A stretch of DNA of 64,000 bases from Candidatus Iainarchaeum sp. (GCA_017610205.1 JAFCCL010000006.1:32001-96000), one strand, 5' to 3'; positions 9,922 through 19,327 are shown, numbered from the stretch's first letter. The notes: generated by a model from the letters alone, not told the origin. Numbers and translations: made by a program.

Positions 9922-10007
9922 AAAAAGGTAGTTTGTTTTAAAAACCTTGTTAAGCTAATTTTTTTTAAGAGGATAATAAATTTGTTAATTTTTTTATTTG
10001 AGAAAAT

Positions 10008-10690
10008 ACTGTGTGGTCTGAAAGACCCGCAGTCGTTATTTTTTTAACCTTGAATCTTTTTCTTTCTTCTATCGCGCGCGACACCGCTTGTGCAGTGCCC
10101 TTTAAATGGCGCGATAGGAGAAAAGATATAATGGTAGTTTTGAGTGGCGGTAGCTGTAAAAATCAAGGGGATACAAGAAACAACTGGGTTACGTTCATGT
10201 TCAAAACAAAGTGTGTGTTCCAGTGTTTTAGGAAGCAGTCGCATATTGATACTTGTATTGCTGCTTTTCGAGAGTTTGAAGCTCATGGCTTTGAGTTTGG
10301 TGAGATTGGTTTTGGTGGCAATCATGCACACTTTAGAGTGAATATTCCAAAGCGTTACAGTGTCGTGGTTGCTGAGATAATGTTGAAGTCCAGAAGCGCA
10401 AAAAGGATATTTGAGAATCATCCTGGTTTCAGGAAAAGGTATCCTCGTGGTTCTTTCTGGTCAGGATATGAGCATCATCAGTCTACAGGAGAGCAGAACA
10501 TGGAGCAGTCGGATGATTATATTAGAAGCCAGCAGGCACATCACAATGTGCAGGTTATAGATGACAGGCACGCACAGTTATCAGCGTTTTAAGCGCCGAG
10601 CGGGGGTACGGCAAGCCCGAACCCAAGTGAGGGCTTGACAGGGAAGCGAGGCGCAAGGGGGTTATAGGGCGCGCAGCCCCCCTATTCCAT
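10008..10690 (+). mobile_element. IS200-like element (tnpA only) with hairpin ends; boundaries approximate
   Basis: Hairpins at 10008-10033 and 10063-10123, Y1 transposase, GC-rich multi-hairpin right end 10593-10686. Confidence 0.8.
10131..10592 (+). CDS. tnpA: IS200/IS605 Y1 (HUH) transposase TnpA
   Basis: HUH motif NHAHF, LKSRSAK, FWS.GY, catalytic DDYIRSQ; AGGAG RBS upstream. Confidence 0.9.
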   Translation: MVVLSGGSCKNQGDTRNNWVTFMFKTKCVFQCFRKQSHIDTCIAAFREFEAHGFEFGEIGFGGNHAHFRVNIPKRYSVVVAEIMLKSRSAKRIFENHPGFRKRYPRGSFWSGYEHHQSTGEQNMEQSDDYIRSQQAHHNVQVIDDRHAQLSAF

Positions 10691-10691
10691 T

Positions 10692-10952
10692 CCAAAGTAT
10701 GAAGGCCTTAAGAAATTATTCGATGAAAACCTTGAAAAAGATTAAGGCAAAAAAGACTATGGCAAGCAGTTTAGTATCAGAACCGGAAAGGTTTTGGCAA
10801 AACCTGACTGGATTGAAGCAATTTTCAAAGAAGAGGAAGACACACAAAAAGTTTTCTTGGAATATTTAAACCATCAAAGAAAAAGGCTTTTGGATGCAAA
10901 AGAAAAGTTTGGCAAATCAGAAATTCTTCCGGAAGAATTTGAAGCAAAGTAG
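10692..10952 (+). pseudogene. 3' fragment of a gene next to the IS, with an in-frame TAA
   Basis: PKYEGLKKLFDENLEKD*GKKDYGKQ...PEEFEAK*; no start codon, TAA at 10743. Confidence 0.45.
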
Positions 10953-11008
10953 GATTGCATTGGACAGCAAGGTTTTAATATCTCCTTGCCCTTACTTTAC
11001 TGGTTTTT

Positions 11009-11170
11009 ATGGCTAACAATCAAATGGTTGGAATGCTTTTGCTTGGTCTTGCAATAGGTAGTTTTATTCCAAGAACTCTGCCGGCACCAGGAGACGCACT
11101 CAATCCGCTAATGCCTTTTGCTGGCTTTATCTTTTTGGCGGTCGCAATAATTTTATTTGTCAAAGGCTAG
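11009..11170 (+). CDS. 53-aa two-TM membrane microprotein (not in ORF track)
   Basis: MANNQMVGMLLLGLAIGSFIPRTLPAPGDALNPLMPFAGFIFLAVAIILFVKG; TTTTAATA box about 30 nt upstream. Confidence 0.6.
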   Translation: MANNQMVGMLLLGLAIGSFIPRTLPAPGDALNPLMPFAGFIFLAVAIILFVKG

Positions 11171-11215
11171 TTCTTATTTGCCAAAGGCTAAGTCTTATTT
11201 GCCAAGATTAATTTC
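11153..11215. repeat. 3 x 21-bp degenerate tandem repeat
   Basis: TTATTTGTCAAAGGCTAGTTC / TTATTTGCCAAAGGCTAAGTC / TTATTTGCCAAGATTAATTTC. Confidence 0.75.
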
Positions 11216-11320
11216 ATGACAATTGCCTTAAACCCCTTCGACAAAAGCGGATTTTTTTGCTTCACCATTTCACTTGTAAAAGTGCTAGAAAGCTTTTTAA
11301 ATGCCAAAAACCTATTACAC

Positions 11321-11437
11321 TTGGAGATGGTTTGTTAATTATCAAGGCATCAATTTAAAACAAGCAACCGAAACAAACTCACCCTGTTTTAAGGGCAATA
11401 GAAAAAAAGGTTTTGGTTTGTACTCGGCCATCTCCAA
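11321..11437 (+). ncRNA. candidate structured RNA of unknown family
   Basis: 10-bp closing stem TTGGAGATGG/CCATCTCCAA, internal stems, BRE-TATA-like GAAAGCTTTTTAAAT just upstream. Confidence 0.35.
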
Positions 11438-11538
11438 CCTAAAAGCACTTCTAATTCATATGTCTGAACTCTGTTCTTTTAAATTTCTTCAAAAAAAGCT
11501 AGATTTTTTTGTGGCTTACAATTTTTCCCTTGTTAAGT

Positions 11539-11919
11539 TCAAGCAATCCCAACTTCCTTTAAATGATTTTGTTCTTCTTCAATCAACTTTTCCAGAATTT
11601 GAATATATTCTGCGTTTTGCCCAGGCTTCTTCAAATGCACTAGCAAAGCGTTATCGTAAGCGATTTTTGCATTTGCAAATTCCAAAAAGTAAGTTCTGAG
11701 CTCAGGGTCCTGCCTGGACTTTATCATATCAGAGGCCTTTTCCAAATTAATTTTCCTAGACCTAACAGCATTTATGTATTTCCTGCGGAGCAATTCGTAG
11801 TTCATGAAAAATACCTGCCCTTTTCCTCTTTTCTGAAACCTTGTGGTAATTTCCTTAAATCTTATTCCCTGTCTTTTCCAAAAGGGGTTTATCCCAGAAC
11901 GCCTTCTATTATTTTTCAT
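11539..11919 (-). CDS. orphan protein with basic N-terminus
   Basis: MKNNRRRSGINPFWKRQG...; TTTAAAT box about 25 nt upstream. Confidence 0.65.
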   Translation of the reverse strand: MKNNRRRSGINPFWKRQGIRFKEITTRFQKRGKGQVFFMNYELLRRKYINAVRSRKINLEKASDMIKSRQDPELRTYFLEFANAKIAYDNALLVHLKKPGQNAEYIQILEKLIEEEQNHLKEVGIA

Positions 11920-11956
11920 ACTAAAACCTTGTTTTTCTTAATTTAAATAGATTGCG

Positions 11957-12633
11957 CTACTCTGCCTCAATCTTTCCGTTTCTCAATTCTTTTTCAGTGA
12001 AATCGGTTCTAAGCAATTTTCCTTTTCCAGGCGCAGATAACTGCTTCACACCAATGTTGACTTCTTTCAATTCTTTGGCATTAAAGCCAGCTAGTGCAAT
12101 TGAAAAATTACTAAATCTTGCTATAATTATCCATTTTAAGATTTCATCTTTAGTTTAATTGCACCTGCTTCTTTTCCTAATCTCGAAATCTTTGCGTTCA
12201 GTTTTTTAACTTTTTCACTGTTGGCATTCTCCAACTTTGATTGTTCTTTCACAAGGTAAACCTCTTCAAGGCGCATTTCCTTCATCTTTAAGTCGTACTG
12301 TTCGCTTTGTTTGAGAGCCCATTTGTCTTGCAAGTCCAATAACTCTACAATCTTTTCCAAGAGATAGCTCTCTTCTTGAAATGACTTCCTTAAGACTTTT
12401 AAGTGTGCCTTTTCTCCTTTCACTTGTTATTTTCGAATTGCCCAAAATTTCCAAAAGCCTTCTGGTTTGTTCTCCAAATGTTAGCACTTCCTCTCCAAAC
12501 CTGCGATATCCAATATGTCCTTCCATAACTCCTCTAACTTTTTTTTGTCTCTCCTGCTTCCAGTTTTACCAGAACCCTGAATGGGCTTATGTAAGTTTGC
12601 TGTTCCTAAAACTCTCAATTTTTTCTTTTTCAT
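11957..12633 (-). pseudogene. multiply frameshifted coiled-coil orphan gene
   Basis: Consecutive fragments in different frames: MKKKKLRVLGT..., 12266-12526, 12136-12423, KDEILKW...KIEAE*. Confidence 0.5.
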
Positions 12634-12719
12634 TGATAAATTATTGCCTTTTACGTAATTTAAATCTTCTTTTTTTCAATGAATAGTCTTTTTAATTCAA
12701 TTATTTTATTCTATACACT

Positions 12720-13229
12720 ATGAGTGAAAAAGATAAATTGATTGAGGCAGCCTTGTTTATGACTCCGCAGGCTGTTAGTGTTTCAGACTTAATGGAGATT
12801 ATTTCCGAGTCAAATTACACTATGGCAAAGGGAATTGCTTTGAAGTTTATGAAGGAGTTTAATCAAAGGGATTCTTCTCTTCAAGTAGTGCTGGTTGAGG
12901 ACGCTTTTCAGATGGTTATAAAGCCTGCTTATGAGGAAAAAGTAAGGCATCTTGCACAGAAGGCAATGTTTCATCCTGGTTTAATGAAAACCCTTGCTTT
13001 GATTGCGTTCAAACAGCCTATTGCCCAAAGTCTTGTTGTAAAATACAGAAACAACAAGGCATATGACCACATTCACAAGCTTGTTGAAGAGGGTTTTGTT
13101 GCAAGGGAGCCAAAGGGAAGAAGCTATACTTTGAGAACCACTAAAAGGTTTTTGGAGTGCTTTGGAGAGGATGCAATAAAGCAAAAAAAGCTTTCTCCAC
13201 TTCCTGATCTTGTTGAAAATTTGGATTAG
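12720..13229 (+). CDS. scpB: SMC-associated segregation/condensation protein B
   Basis: IEAALF, KTLALIAFKQPI, HIHKLVEEGFV, TTKRFLECFG. Confidence 0.92.
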   Translation: MSEKDKLIEAALFMTPQAVSVSDLMEIISESNYTMAKGIALKFMKEFNQRDSSLQVVLVEDAFQMVIKPAYEEKVRHLAQKAMFHPGLMKTLALIAFKQPIAQSLVVKYRNNKAYDHIHKLVEEGFVAREPKGRSYTLRTTKRFLECFGEDAIKQKKLSPLPDLVENLD

Positions 13230-13244
13230 AATTAAATAAAGGAA

Positions 13245-13898
13245 TTAAAATTCTAATTTTCTTTGAAAAACTTTGTTTTCAATGTTCTTGCTTGTTGCCC
13301 AGCTTTTTCTTGCAAAGTCCGGCAATTTTTTGTTTTTTTTAACCCAGTTGTGCATAAAAGCAATTGTGTTGGGGTCGTGGGGGTACCCTGAACCTATGTT
13401 TCCATACTTTCTGCTGAGTTTTCTTATTGCCTTGTCTCTTTCAACCTTTGCAATTATTGAAGCAGCGCTTACAATTGGATAATTTATATCTGCCTTGTGT
13501 TCTGCCCTTATTTCTAATTTGAATGAAATGTATTTTTCAATCCTTTTTCCAAAGTTTTTTGCAATGGGGTCTGGTGAGTCAACAAATGCCACATCCGGCT
13601 TTTTTTTGAGACTGTTTAGCAGGTAACCTATTCTCATTGCCTCTATTTCGTTCAGGTTTTTTCTGTTGCGCAATGTGTCAATTTCCCCTGCCTTGATGTG
13701 AACAGAATTAAATTCGTGAAGTAACGCTGGCAATATTTTGTTCTGTCTGTTTCTTTCCTTTTCGTTTAATAGTTTGCTGTCTTTGACTCCGAGGTCAACA
13801 AGTTTTTCTTCGTGCTTTTTTTCAATACTTGCAATGCTTAAAACCATTGGTCCAAGGGCTGGCCCTCTTCCTGCTTCGTCAACGCCTGCAATCAGCAT
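13245..13898 (-). CDS. rnhB: ribonuclease HII
   Basis: GVDEAGRGP, VKDSK, EHKAD, VSAASIIAKVERD, GSGYPHDP, PIP-like QRKLEF tail. Confidence 0.97.
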   Translation of the reverse strand: MLIAGVDEAGRGPALGPMVLSIASIEKKHEEKLVDLGVKDSKLLNEKERNRQNKILPALLHEFNSVHIKAGEIDTLRNRKNLNEIEAMRIGYLLNSLKKKPDVAFVDSPDPIAKNFGKRIEKYISFKLEIRAEHKADINYPIVSAASIIAKVERDKAIRKLSRKYGNIGSGYPHDPNTIAFMHNWVKKNKKLPDFARKSWATSKNIENKVFQRKLEF

Positions 13899-13908
13899 AT
13901 AAAAACCT

Positions 13909-14223
13909 TTATTTTCTTATTTTGTTCACGCCTCTGTTTACCAAATCAACGCTTTTGTCGCATTTTTCGCATTCTTCCAGCAAATCCATGCAACGCCTTT
14001 TGTTTTCAATAGCGTTGTTTATGTCTCCTGCTTCAGCGTCTTCTCTTCTAAGTGCATTGAATTTGGTGTGGAAGAATTCAACAAGATTTTTCAGTCCCTT
14101 TTGCACATTCTGCCTTTCAGGTTCGGAACTCCTCAACCTGCTTCTTCCCTTGCACAGCATGCAATGCCTTTTCAAAAAAGCAACTTTGTCGGAAACAAGC
14201 TCTTCATTTGTCAACTCAACCAT
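13909..14223 (-). CDS. hypothetical protein with two CxxC motifs
   Basis: HCMLC and ECEKC; 10 bp upstream of rnhB. Confidence 0.7.
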   Translation of the reverse strand: MVELTNEELVSDKVAFLKRHCMLCKGRSRLRSSEPERQNVQKGLKNLVEFFHTKFNALRREDAEAGDINNAIENKRRCMDLLEECEKCDKSVDLVNRGVNKIRK

Positions 14224-14249
14224 TTTAACCAGTAATATTATAGTAGTTG

Positions 14250-14274
14250 GTTATAAAAAAAGTTTCTGTTTTTT
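14250..14274. repeat. 25-bp perfect direct repeat, copy 1
   Basis: GTTATAAAAAAAGTTTCTGTTTTTT, identical at 14666-14690. Confidence 0.8.
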
Positions 14275-14320
14275 GTTCCGAAAGAATAAAATAGGGGTTT
14301 GAACTTATTAAGTAATACAA

Positions 14321-14554
14321 ATGCCTAGAAAGCCAGCAAAAAAACCAAAAAGAAAACTAAGCGAAAGAATGCGAAACTGGAGAGCGTACAGAAGAGAGTC
14401 TGCTCCAGTCAGGAAACGACTTAAAGAACTTCGTAAAGGAGATAAAAAACTTAGGAGAGCAACTGATCTTGAAACAATGTTAAGGAGACTGGGAAATTAC
14501 GCCATTGCCGGGGAAGAACTGGCAAAGATTAAGAAAAAATATGGTTACAAATAA
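14321..14554 (+). CDS. small, highly basic orphan protein
   Basis: MPRKPAKKPKRKLSERMRNWR... Confidence 0.65.
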   Translation: MPRKPAKKPKRKLSERMRNWRAYRRESAPVRKRLKELRKGDKKLRRATDLETMLRRLGNYAIAGEELAKIKKKYGYK

Positions 14555-14665
14555 TTCTTCTTCAACCCCTCAATGGTTTTGCAGGCATAAAAAGGTTTGA
14601 CTAATTAAGATGATTTAAGGATACGTCAAATTCAATATGTTAATATTATGCTTCCATTAAATTAA

Positions 14666-14690
14666 GTTATAAAAAAAGTTTCTGTTTTTT
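14666..14690. repeat. 25-bp perfect direct repeat, copy 2
   Basis: Identical to 14250-14274. Confidence 0.8.
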
Positions 14691-14806
14691 TCTGGTTCTA
14701 TATAAATCATTTATAAATTGAAGAAAAGCGTTCATATAATTGAGGTGATTTCATGAATGCTTTGTATCCAATAGAGCTTTCAGGTTTTTATAAGTTATGC
14801 ATTAAG

Positions 14807-16122
14807 CAGTAGATTCGCAAGTGCTTGATTGAGAGCTGTTTTTCGTGCTTTTCTGTTGATGTTGTTGTTGCGTGTTTTGAGTTTGTTAGAGTAGGTGTTT
14901 GTTGTAGTGTGCTGATAGCGTGCATGTTTGCTCCTGTTGTGTATGCTGATGTCTAGTGCATGTGTGTTGGGGTGTGTGTGGTTGCTATGTGTCTGTTCTG
15001 TTTGGGTTTGCAAGGCTTGTGGCAGCAAGCTTTTCGATAACTTTTTTGAATGTTGCAATTGTTGTTGTGGTAGTGTTTCTTGCGTTGTACCATGCGTTGT
15101 ACAGTAGGGATTCCATGTAGAAGTATAGCATTCTTACTGTGTTGTTTGTGGTGGTTGTCTTGGCTCTGAACCTTTTCTTTGACTTGTAGCCGGTTTCAAT
15201 GCTCCATCTCTTGCGGTACAGTTCTCTGAGGTAAAGAGTGTTGTCTGTTTAGATGTTTGTTGCAAAGCAGTATACTGGTCTTGGTTTGTTTGGTTCTTTG
15301 GTTTCACTGCGAGTCATGCCGAGGTTGAATGTTTGTTTTTCTTTCCTGCCGACAGCGTGTTGTATTACTATAGGTAGCTTGTTTTCGTTTTGTTTGATGG
15401 CTCGCTTGATTGCTTTGTCTCTTGGAACAGGCATCACAAACTTTGTTTTCAACAGCTTCAGTGCCTTAATGCATGCAACAGTGTAAAACGCTCTATCTAA
15501 CAGAATACAGGTGATTTGAGCGTGTTTTCTGGCAACCTGCATGAGCTCTTGTACTACTGTTGCTTTGCTGTCATCATCTACTGAGAGTTTTCTTACTGCA
15601 AGTGTTAGCCAGCAGTCACCCTCAACAATCTCCAGTGTCGCAAATTGGTGGCAGTAGTTTGTGCCTCTTTGCCTCTTTGTTCCTCTGACATTAGGATTGT
15701 TTTTGTCTCCGTAGTATAGGATGTCATGATAGTCAATGGCCATAGTGTAGCGTTTCTTTTCGTGTCCTTTCAACATTCTTTTTACTGTAGAGTTGAATGC
15801 TTTCCTAACAATCTTTCTGTTGGTTTGTTTGAGCCGTCTCAATAACGTGTCTGCTGAAGCAACCAGTGCATCAGAGCACTCTATTTTGAGCTGGTTGCTT
15901 GCTTCTTCTGCAGACAACTGGTTTACAAACATGTATAGCAACAGTCGGAATAACTGGCTAAGTTTGTGTTTGCTGTTGTATTTTTGGGTGTATCCCAAGG
16001 TGTTTGAAGAAAAAACGCCTAATAATACTGACCTGTTTCCCAGAAACAAGTATTTTATTTACTCTCCCCTAACAAATAAAACTATCGAGTCAGCTAATCA
16101 GAACCCACTTGCGGAAGTACTG
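14807..16122 (-). mobile_element. ISH3-family (IS4 superfamily) insertion sequence
   Basis: Terminal inverted repeats CAGTAGATTCGCAAGTG (14807-14823) and CAGTACTTCCGCAAGTG (reverse of 16106-16122), 14/17 identical, flanking a DDE transposase. Confidence 0.85.
14985..16049 (-). pseudogene. ISH3-family DDE transposase with one internal stop
   Basis: AIDYH..YYG, LLDRAFY, FATN; TAA at 15249-15251, then the same frame continues YRKRWSIETGY to TAG at 14985. Confidence 0.85.
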
Positions 16123-16178
16123 GGCAGGAGGAAAGTAATTTATATAAGAAAGAACAAAATAAATCTAGAGGAATTGAA

Positions 16179-16400
16179 ATGGATACAAAATATAAAATCA
16201 TTTTCAAATCATTGTTTTTTTTTGTAGCTGTTGCAATTCTTACAGCAAGCTTTATTGTCACACTTTTTGAAGGAATTATAATGCAATTTAATGACCTTGA
16301 ATTTGACGCAATGGGTCTTTACATTGTTTCAATAATTGCCCTAATCGCAGCTTTGGCAGTAATGAAAAGGGCAAAACACATGCTTTGGACAGCTGCCTAA
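16179..16400 (+). CDS. small two-TM membrane protein
   Basis: Two hydrophobic helices; RBS-like GAGG. Confidence 0.7.
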   Translation: MDTKYKIIFKSLFFFVAVAILTASFIVTLFEGIIMQFNDLEFDAMGLYIVSIIALIAALAVMKRAKHMLWTAA

Positions 16401-16456
16401 AACAGGAATCAAAAGCCATATTAATCACTTAACACCTATTTAAAACCAGTTTAAGC

Positions 16457-17980
16457 ATGAAGAAAAAAGGGCAGGCTGCAGCAGAATTGCTGATAATTCT
16501 GGCGGTTGCAATAGTTGTACTAATTGCAATCTACAGCTTTAGCTTTGAAGCAATAACAGATATTGGACAAGAACAAATTATTGAAACAGCACAAACAAGC
16601 GTGAAGGATTTGGCAAACGCTACAAACGACGTTTATGAGCAAGGAGTCGGGGCAAAAAAACGGGTTTTCTATCAGGTACCAGGAAATGTTGATGAAAGCA
16701 AAAGCGGAATTGAAGGAAATGCCTTTGTCCTGAACGTACTTAAATCAGATGTTTATGCTTCAGCAAACACCTGCCTTTTGGGAGAAATGCCTACAAGCAC
16801 AGGAGGGCACTTTGTATGGCTTACTGCACAGGAGCAATGTGTTTTTGTAGGAATTGAAAACCTTGAAATAAGCAAAACAAGCAGTTACATTACATTAAAC
16901 CAAAGCGATTCTGAAACAGACTCTGTAACCATAACAAACAATGGAGAAGAAACAGCAGACATTTTTCTTACAAGAAACTGGAGCCACACAGGAACAACAG
17001 ACCTTGACCTTGACATATATATATTCTCACTTAACGCAGGGCAATCGCAAACAGTGACATTGACATACTCTTCAAGCGCGAGTGCCTCTGGCAACTATAC
17101 CGGCAGCGTTTCAATTGATGCAGCCTTTGCATCAGGCAATGAAAGCAATTCACTGCCTGTTACTGCAGACGTGCTTGTTGCAGGCGGAGGTGAGATACTT
17201 GTTGTCTTTCCTGCAACAAGAACAAGTGACTATAATGCAGGCGAAACAGAGAATTATTCATTTCAGGTTTGCAACAACGGGGACAGCGCGTTAACTAATA
17301 TATCGTTTTCAGACAGCGGAAGAATTGCTGACTGGATTGACGCAGAATCAATTCCAATAATTGCCCTGCTTGCAGCAGGCAGTTGCGAAACAGTTTCTTA
17401 CACTTTGACTCACCATGGGTTACGACGCCTAGTGCCACTGATTGGCACGATTATTGCAACAGACGGCACCTACAGTGACAACCTTGCAATAACTGTTGTT
17501 ATTCCAGCAGCACCTCCAGAACCAACAGTAATTGCTTTTGATGTTTTCCCAAACAGTACCTGGGATGAAGGAAGTGGCTGGCTTGAAGACTGGACCCATT
17601 CAGGGGATGCATCTCTTAGAACAATCGGTAATCCACACAGTTTGCCAAGGCACCTTAGACTAAGAAGGGCAACAGGCTATGTCAAAAGACCTGTTGACCT
17701 GAGCAGCTACACAAATCCAAGAATTGAATTCTGGGCAAAAGCTATTAGCTGGGAATCTGGTGACGAAGCACATGTTTTGGTCAGCCACAATGATTCTGAC
17801 TGGCATACCCTAAAAACATGGGTTAACGGAGAGGATGATGGTGTATATCACTTCTATGAATTTAATTTAAATCCTTATACCTTGAGCAGTGAATTCTGGA
17901 TAGCATTTGATGCAGAAATGAACAATAAGAATGATTATTTCTATGTTGATGACGTAAATATTGTTGAAAGGACCCAGTAA
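16457..17980 (+). CDS. large class III signal-peptide pilin/adhesin with Ig-like domains
   Basis: KKG|QAAAELL prepilin motif plus hydrophobic helix; beta-rich Ser/Thr/acidic C-terminal domains. Confidence 0.85.
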   Translation: MKKKGQAAAELLIILAVAIVVLIAIYSFSFEAITDIGQEQIIETAQTSVKDLANATNDVYEQGVGAKKRVFYQVPGNVDESKSGIEGNAFVLNVLKSDVYASANTCLLGEMPTSTGGHFVWLTAQEQCVFVGIENLEISKTSSYITLNQSDSETDSVTITNNGEETADIFLTRNWSHTGTTDLDLDIYIFSLNAGQSQTVTLTYSSSASASGNYTGSVSIDAAFASGNESNSLPVTADVLVAGGGEILVVFPATRTSDYNAGETENYSFQVCNNGDSALTNISFSDSGRIADWIDAESIPIIALLAAGSCETVSYTLTHHGLRRLVPLIGTIIATDGTYSDNLAITVVIPAAPPEPTVIAFDVFPNSTWDEGSGWLEDWTHSGDASLRTIGNPHSLPRHLRLRRATGYVKRPVDLSSYTNPRIEFWAKAISWESGDEAHVLVSHNDSDWHTLKTWVNGEDDGVYHFYEFNLNPYTLSSEFWIAFDAEMNNKNDYFYVDDVNIVERTQ

Positions 17981-17992
17981 CGGAAGGTTAAA

Positions 17993-18385
17993 ATGGATAT
18001 AAGGGCACAGGTTTCGGTTGAGTTCCTAATAGTTTTGATACTGCTCCTTGGACTGCTTTTGTTTTCGCTTGCTGTTTTTAGCGAAAAAAATGAAGGATTT
18101 ATTTTAAGCAAGGAAAATTACAAAGCAAGGCTTATTGCCAACCAGATTGCTGAAAAAGCAAACACAGTACTTACTTCAGGAAATGGAGCAGAAGTAAGTT
18201 TTAGGCTTAAGAAATTGGAGGGTTTTGAGCCAAGTGTTGCAGGAAATGCAGTAAGGGTTTCGTGGCGCGATAACTTTGTTGATTCGCCATTGCTAACTAA
18301 CGATGTAACAGTAAACAACCTTGCATTAGGAGAGGGAATAAAAATTAAAAATCAGAAGGGGGAGATTGTAATTGACTTTGCTTAA
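17993..18385 (+). CDS. minor type IV pilin
   Basis: RA|QVSVEFL class III signal. Confidence 0.85.
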   Translation: MDIRAQVSVEFLIVLILLLGLLLFSLAVFSEKNEGFILSKENYKARLIANQIAEKANTVLTSGNGAEVSFRLKKLEGFEPSVAGNAVRVSWRDNFVDSPLLTNDVTVNNLALGEGIKIKNQKGEIVIDFA

Positions 18386-18878
18386 TAGAAATGGCCAGAT
18401 TTTTTCAATAGATTTAATGCTTGCCTCAATAATTTTTCTTCTAATACTAACAACCGCGACAATTTACAGCAACCATATTGCAAACAGGATTTATTTTTTG
18501 GAACAGGATGCAGAAATGAGACAGGCTGGCCAGCAGGCAGCCAATGGATTGGTTTTAACAGGAGGAAATCCTGCAAACTGGCAAAATCAGGGATTGAAAA
18601 ATGTTAATTCGATTGGAATTGCAAGCAGTGCAAACAATCTCAAAAAAAACAAAATGCAGCGGCTTTCCTCACTGGCTTCAAGCAATTACGAGGAAGTGAA
18701 AGACATTCTTGGAATTGCAAAATTTGATTTTAAAATTGATGTTATAAGCATGAAGGGTAATTTTGTGGTTGAAAGCTTTGGCGCAAGGCCTGAAAGCGAA
18801 AGCAGCATAGTAAGCATTAACAGGATTGCGTTTTATGACGGAAACAATGTTGTTGTAAGGCTGAAGGTGTTTAAATGA
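18372..18878 (+). CDS. minor type IV pilin-like protein
   Basis: NG|QIFSIDLM signal; LTGGNPANW...IGIA motif. Confidence 0.8.
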   Translation: MTLLNRNGQIFSIDLMLASIIFLLILTTATIYSNHIANRIYFLEQDAEMRQAGQQAANGLVLTGGNPANWQNQGLKNVNSIGIASSANNLKKNKMQRLSSLASSNYEEVKDILGIAKFDFKIDVISMKGNFVVESFGARPESESSIVSINRIAFYDGNNVVVRLKVFK

Positions 18879-19327
18879 AACATGCAAAAAACGGAAAGGA
18901 AAAAGGATTTATAATTTCATTCGAAGCTATTATTGCATTGCTTGTTTTTGCAGTGCTTATTGGCACAAGCGTTTTTTATCTTGAACAGAGTGTGCCAGAG
19001 GCAAGAAACAGCCTGCTATTGAAAGAAACTGCATCCGATACCTTGACTGTTTTGGACAAAACAACTATTTTGCAGGATGCCATTGACAACAGAAGCAGTT
19101 TAGGCATAAATTCTTTTTTTGCAAGACTTCCATACAACAAATGCGCAGAAGTTATTATTTACAATGAATCAGACCTTAACACCGCAATCCTTAGTGTCTT
19201 AAGACAAGATTGTGAAAAAACATTTGACGAGCTTGCAACAGTTAAACGAGGCTTCTTTATTGAAAGTAACGGCAACCTTGACTTTTACATTGCAGAATTA
19301 AATATGTGGGTGAGGGAAACAGCATGA
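18875..19327 (+). CDS. minor type IV pilin-like protein
   Basis: KG|FIISFEAII signal; ATGA overlap with previous gene. Confidence 0.8.
   Translation: MKHAKNGKEKGFIISFEAIIALLVFAVLIGTSVFYLEQSVPEARNSLLLKETASDTLTVLDKTTILQDAIDNRSSLGINSFFARLPYNKCAEVIIYNESDLNTAILSVLRQDCEKTFDELATVKRGFFIESNGNLDFYIAELNMWVRETA

Noticed and set aside
10593-10952. TnpB/IscB nuclease after tnpA
   Set aside because: No RuvC or zinc-finger ORF; only an unrelated broken fragment
11321-11437. tRNA or fluoride riboswitch
   Set aside because: GGAGATGG resembles both, but there is no T-loop or anticodon arm and no riboswitch pseudoknot consensus
11301-11699. 132-aa plus-strand ORF
   Set aside because: Overlaps a better minus-strand gene and the structured element; no motifs
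14795-15058. 87-aa His/Thr/Asn-rich ORF
   Set aside because: By-product of the A/C-rich IS end, in a different frame from the transposase
15249-15251. Stop-codon reassignment or readthrough suggested by in-frame TAA here and at 10743
   Set aside because: TAA ends many intact genes in the window; pseudogenisation is simpler
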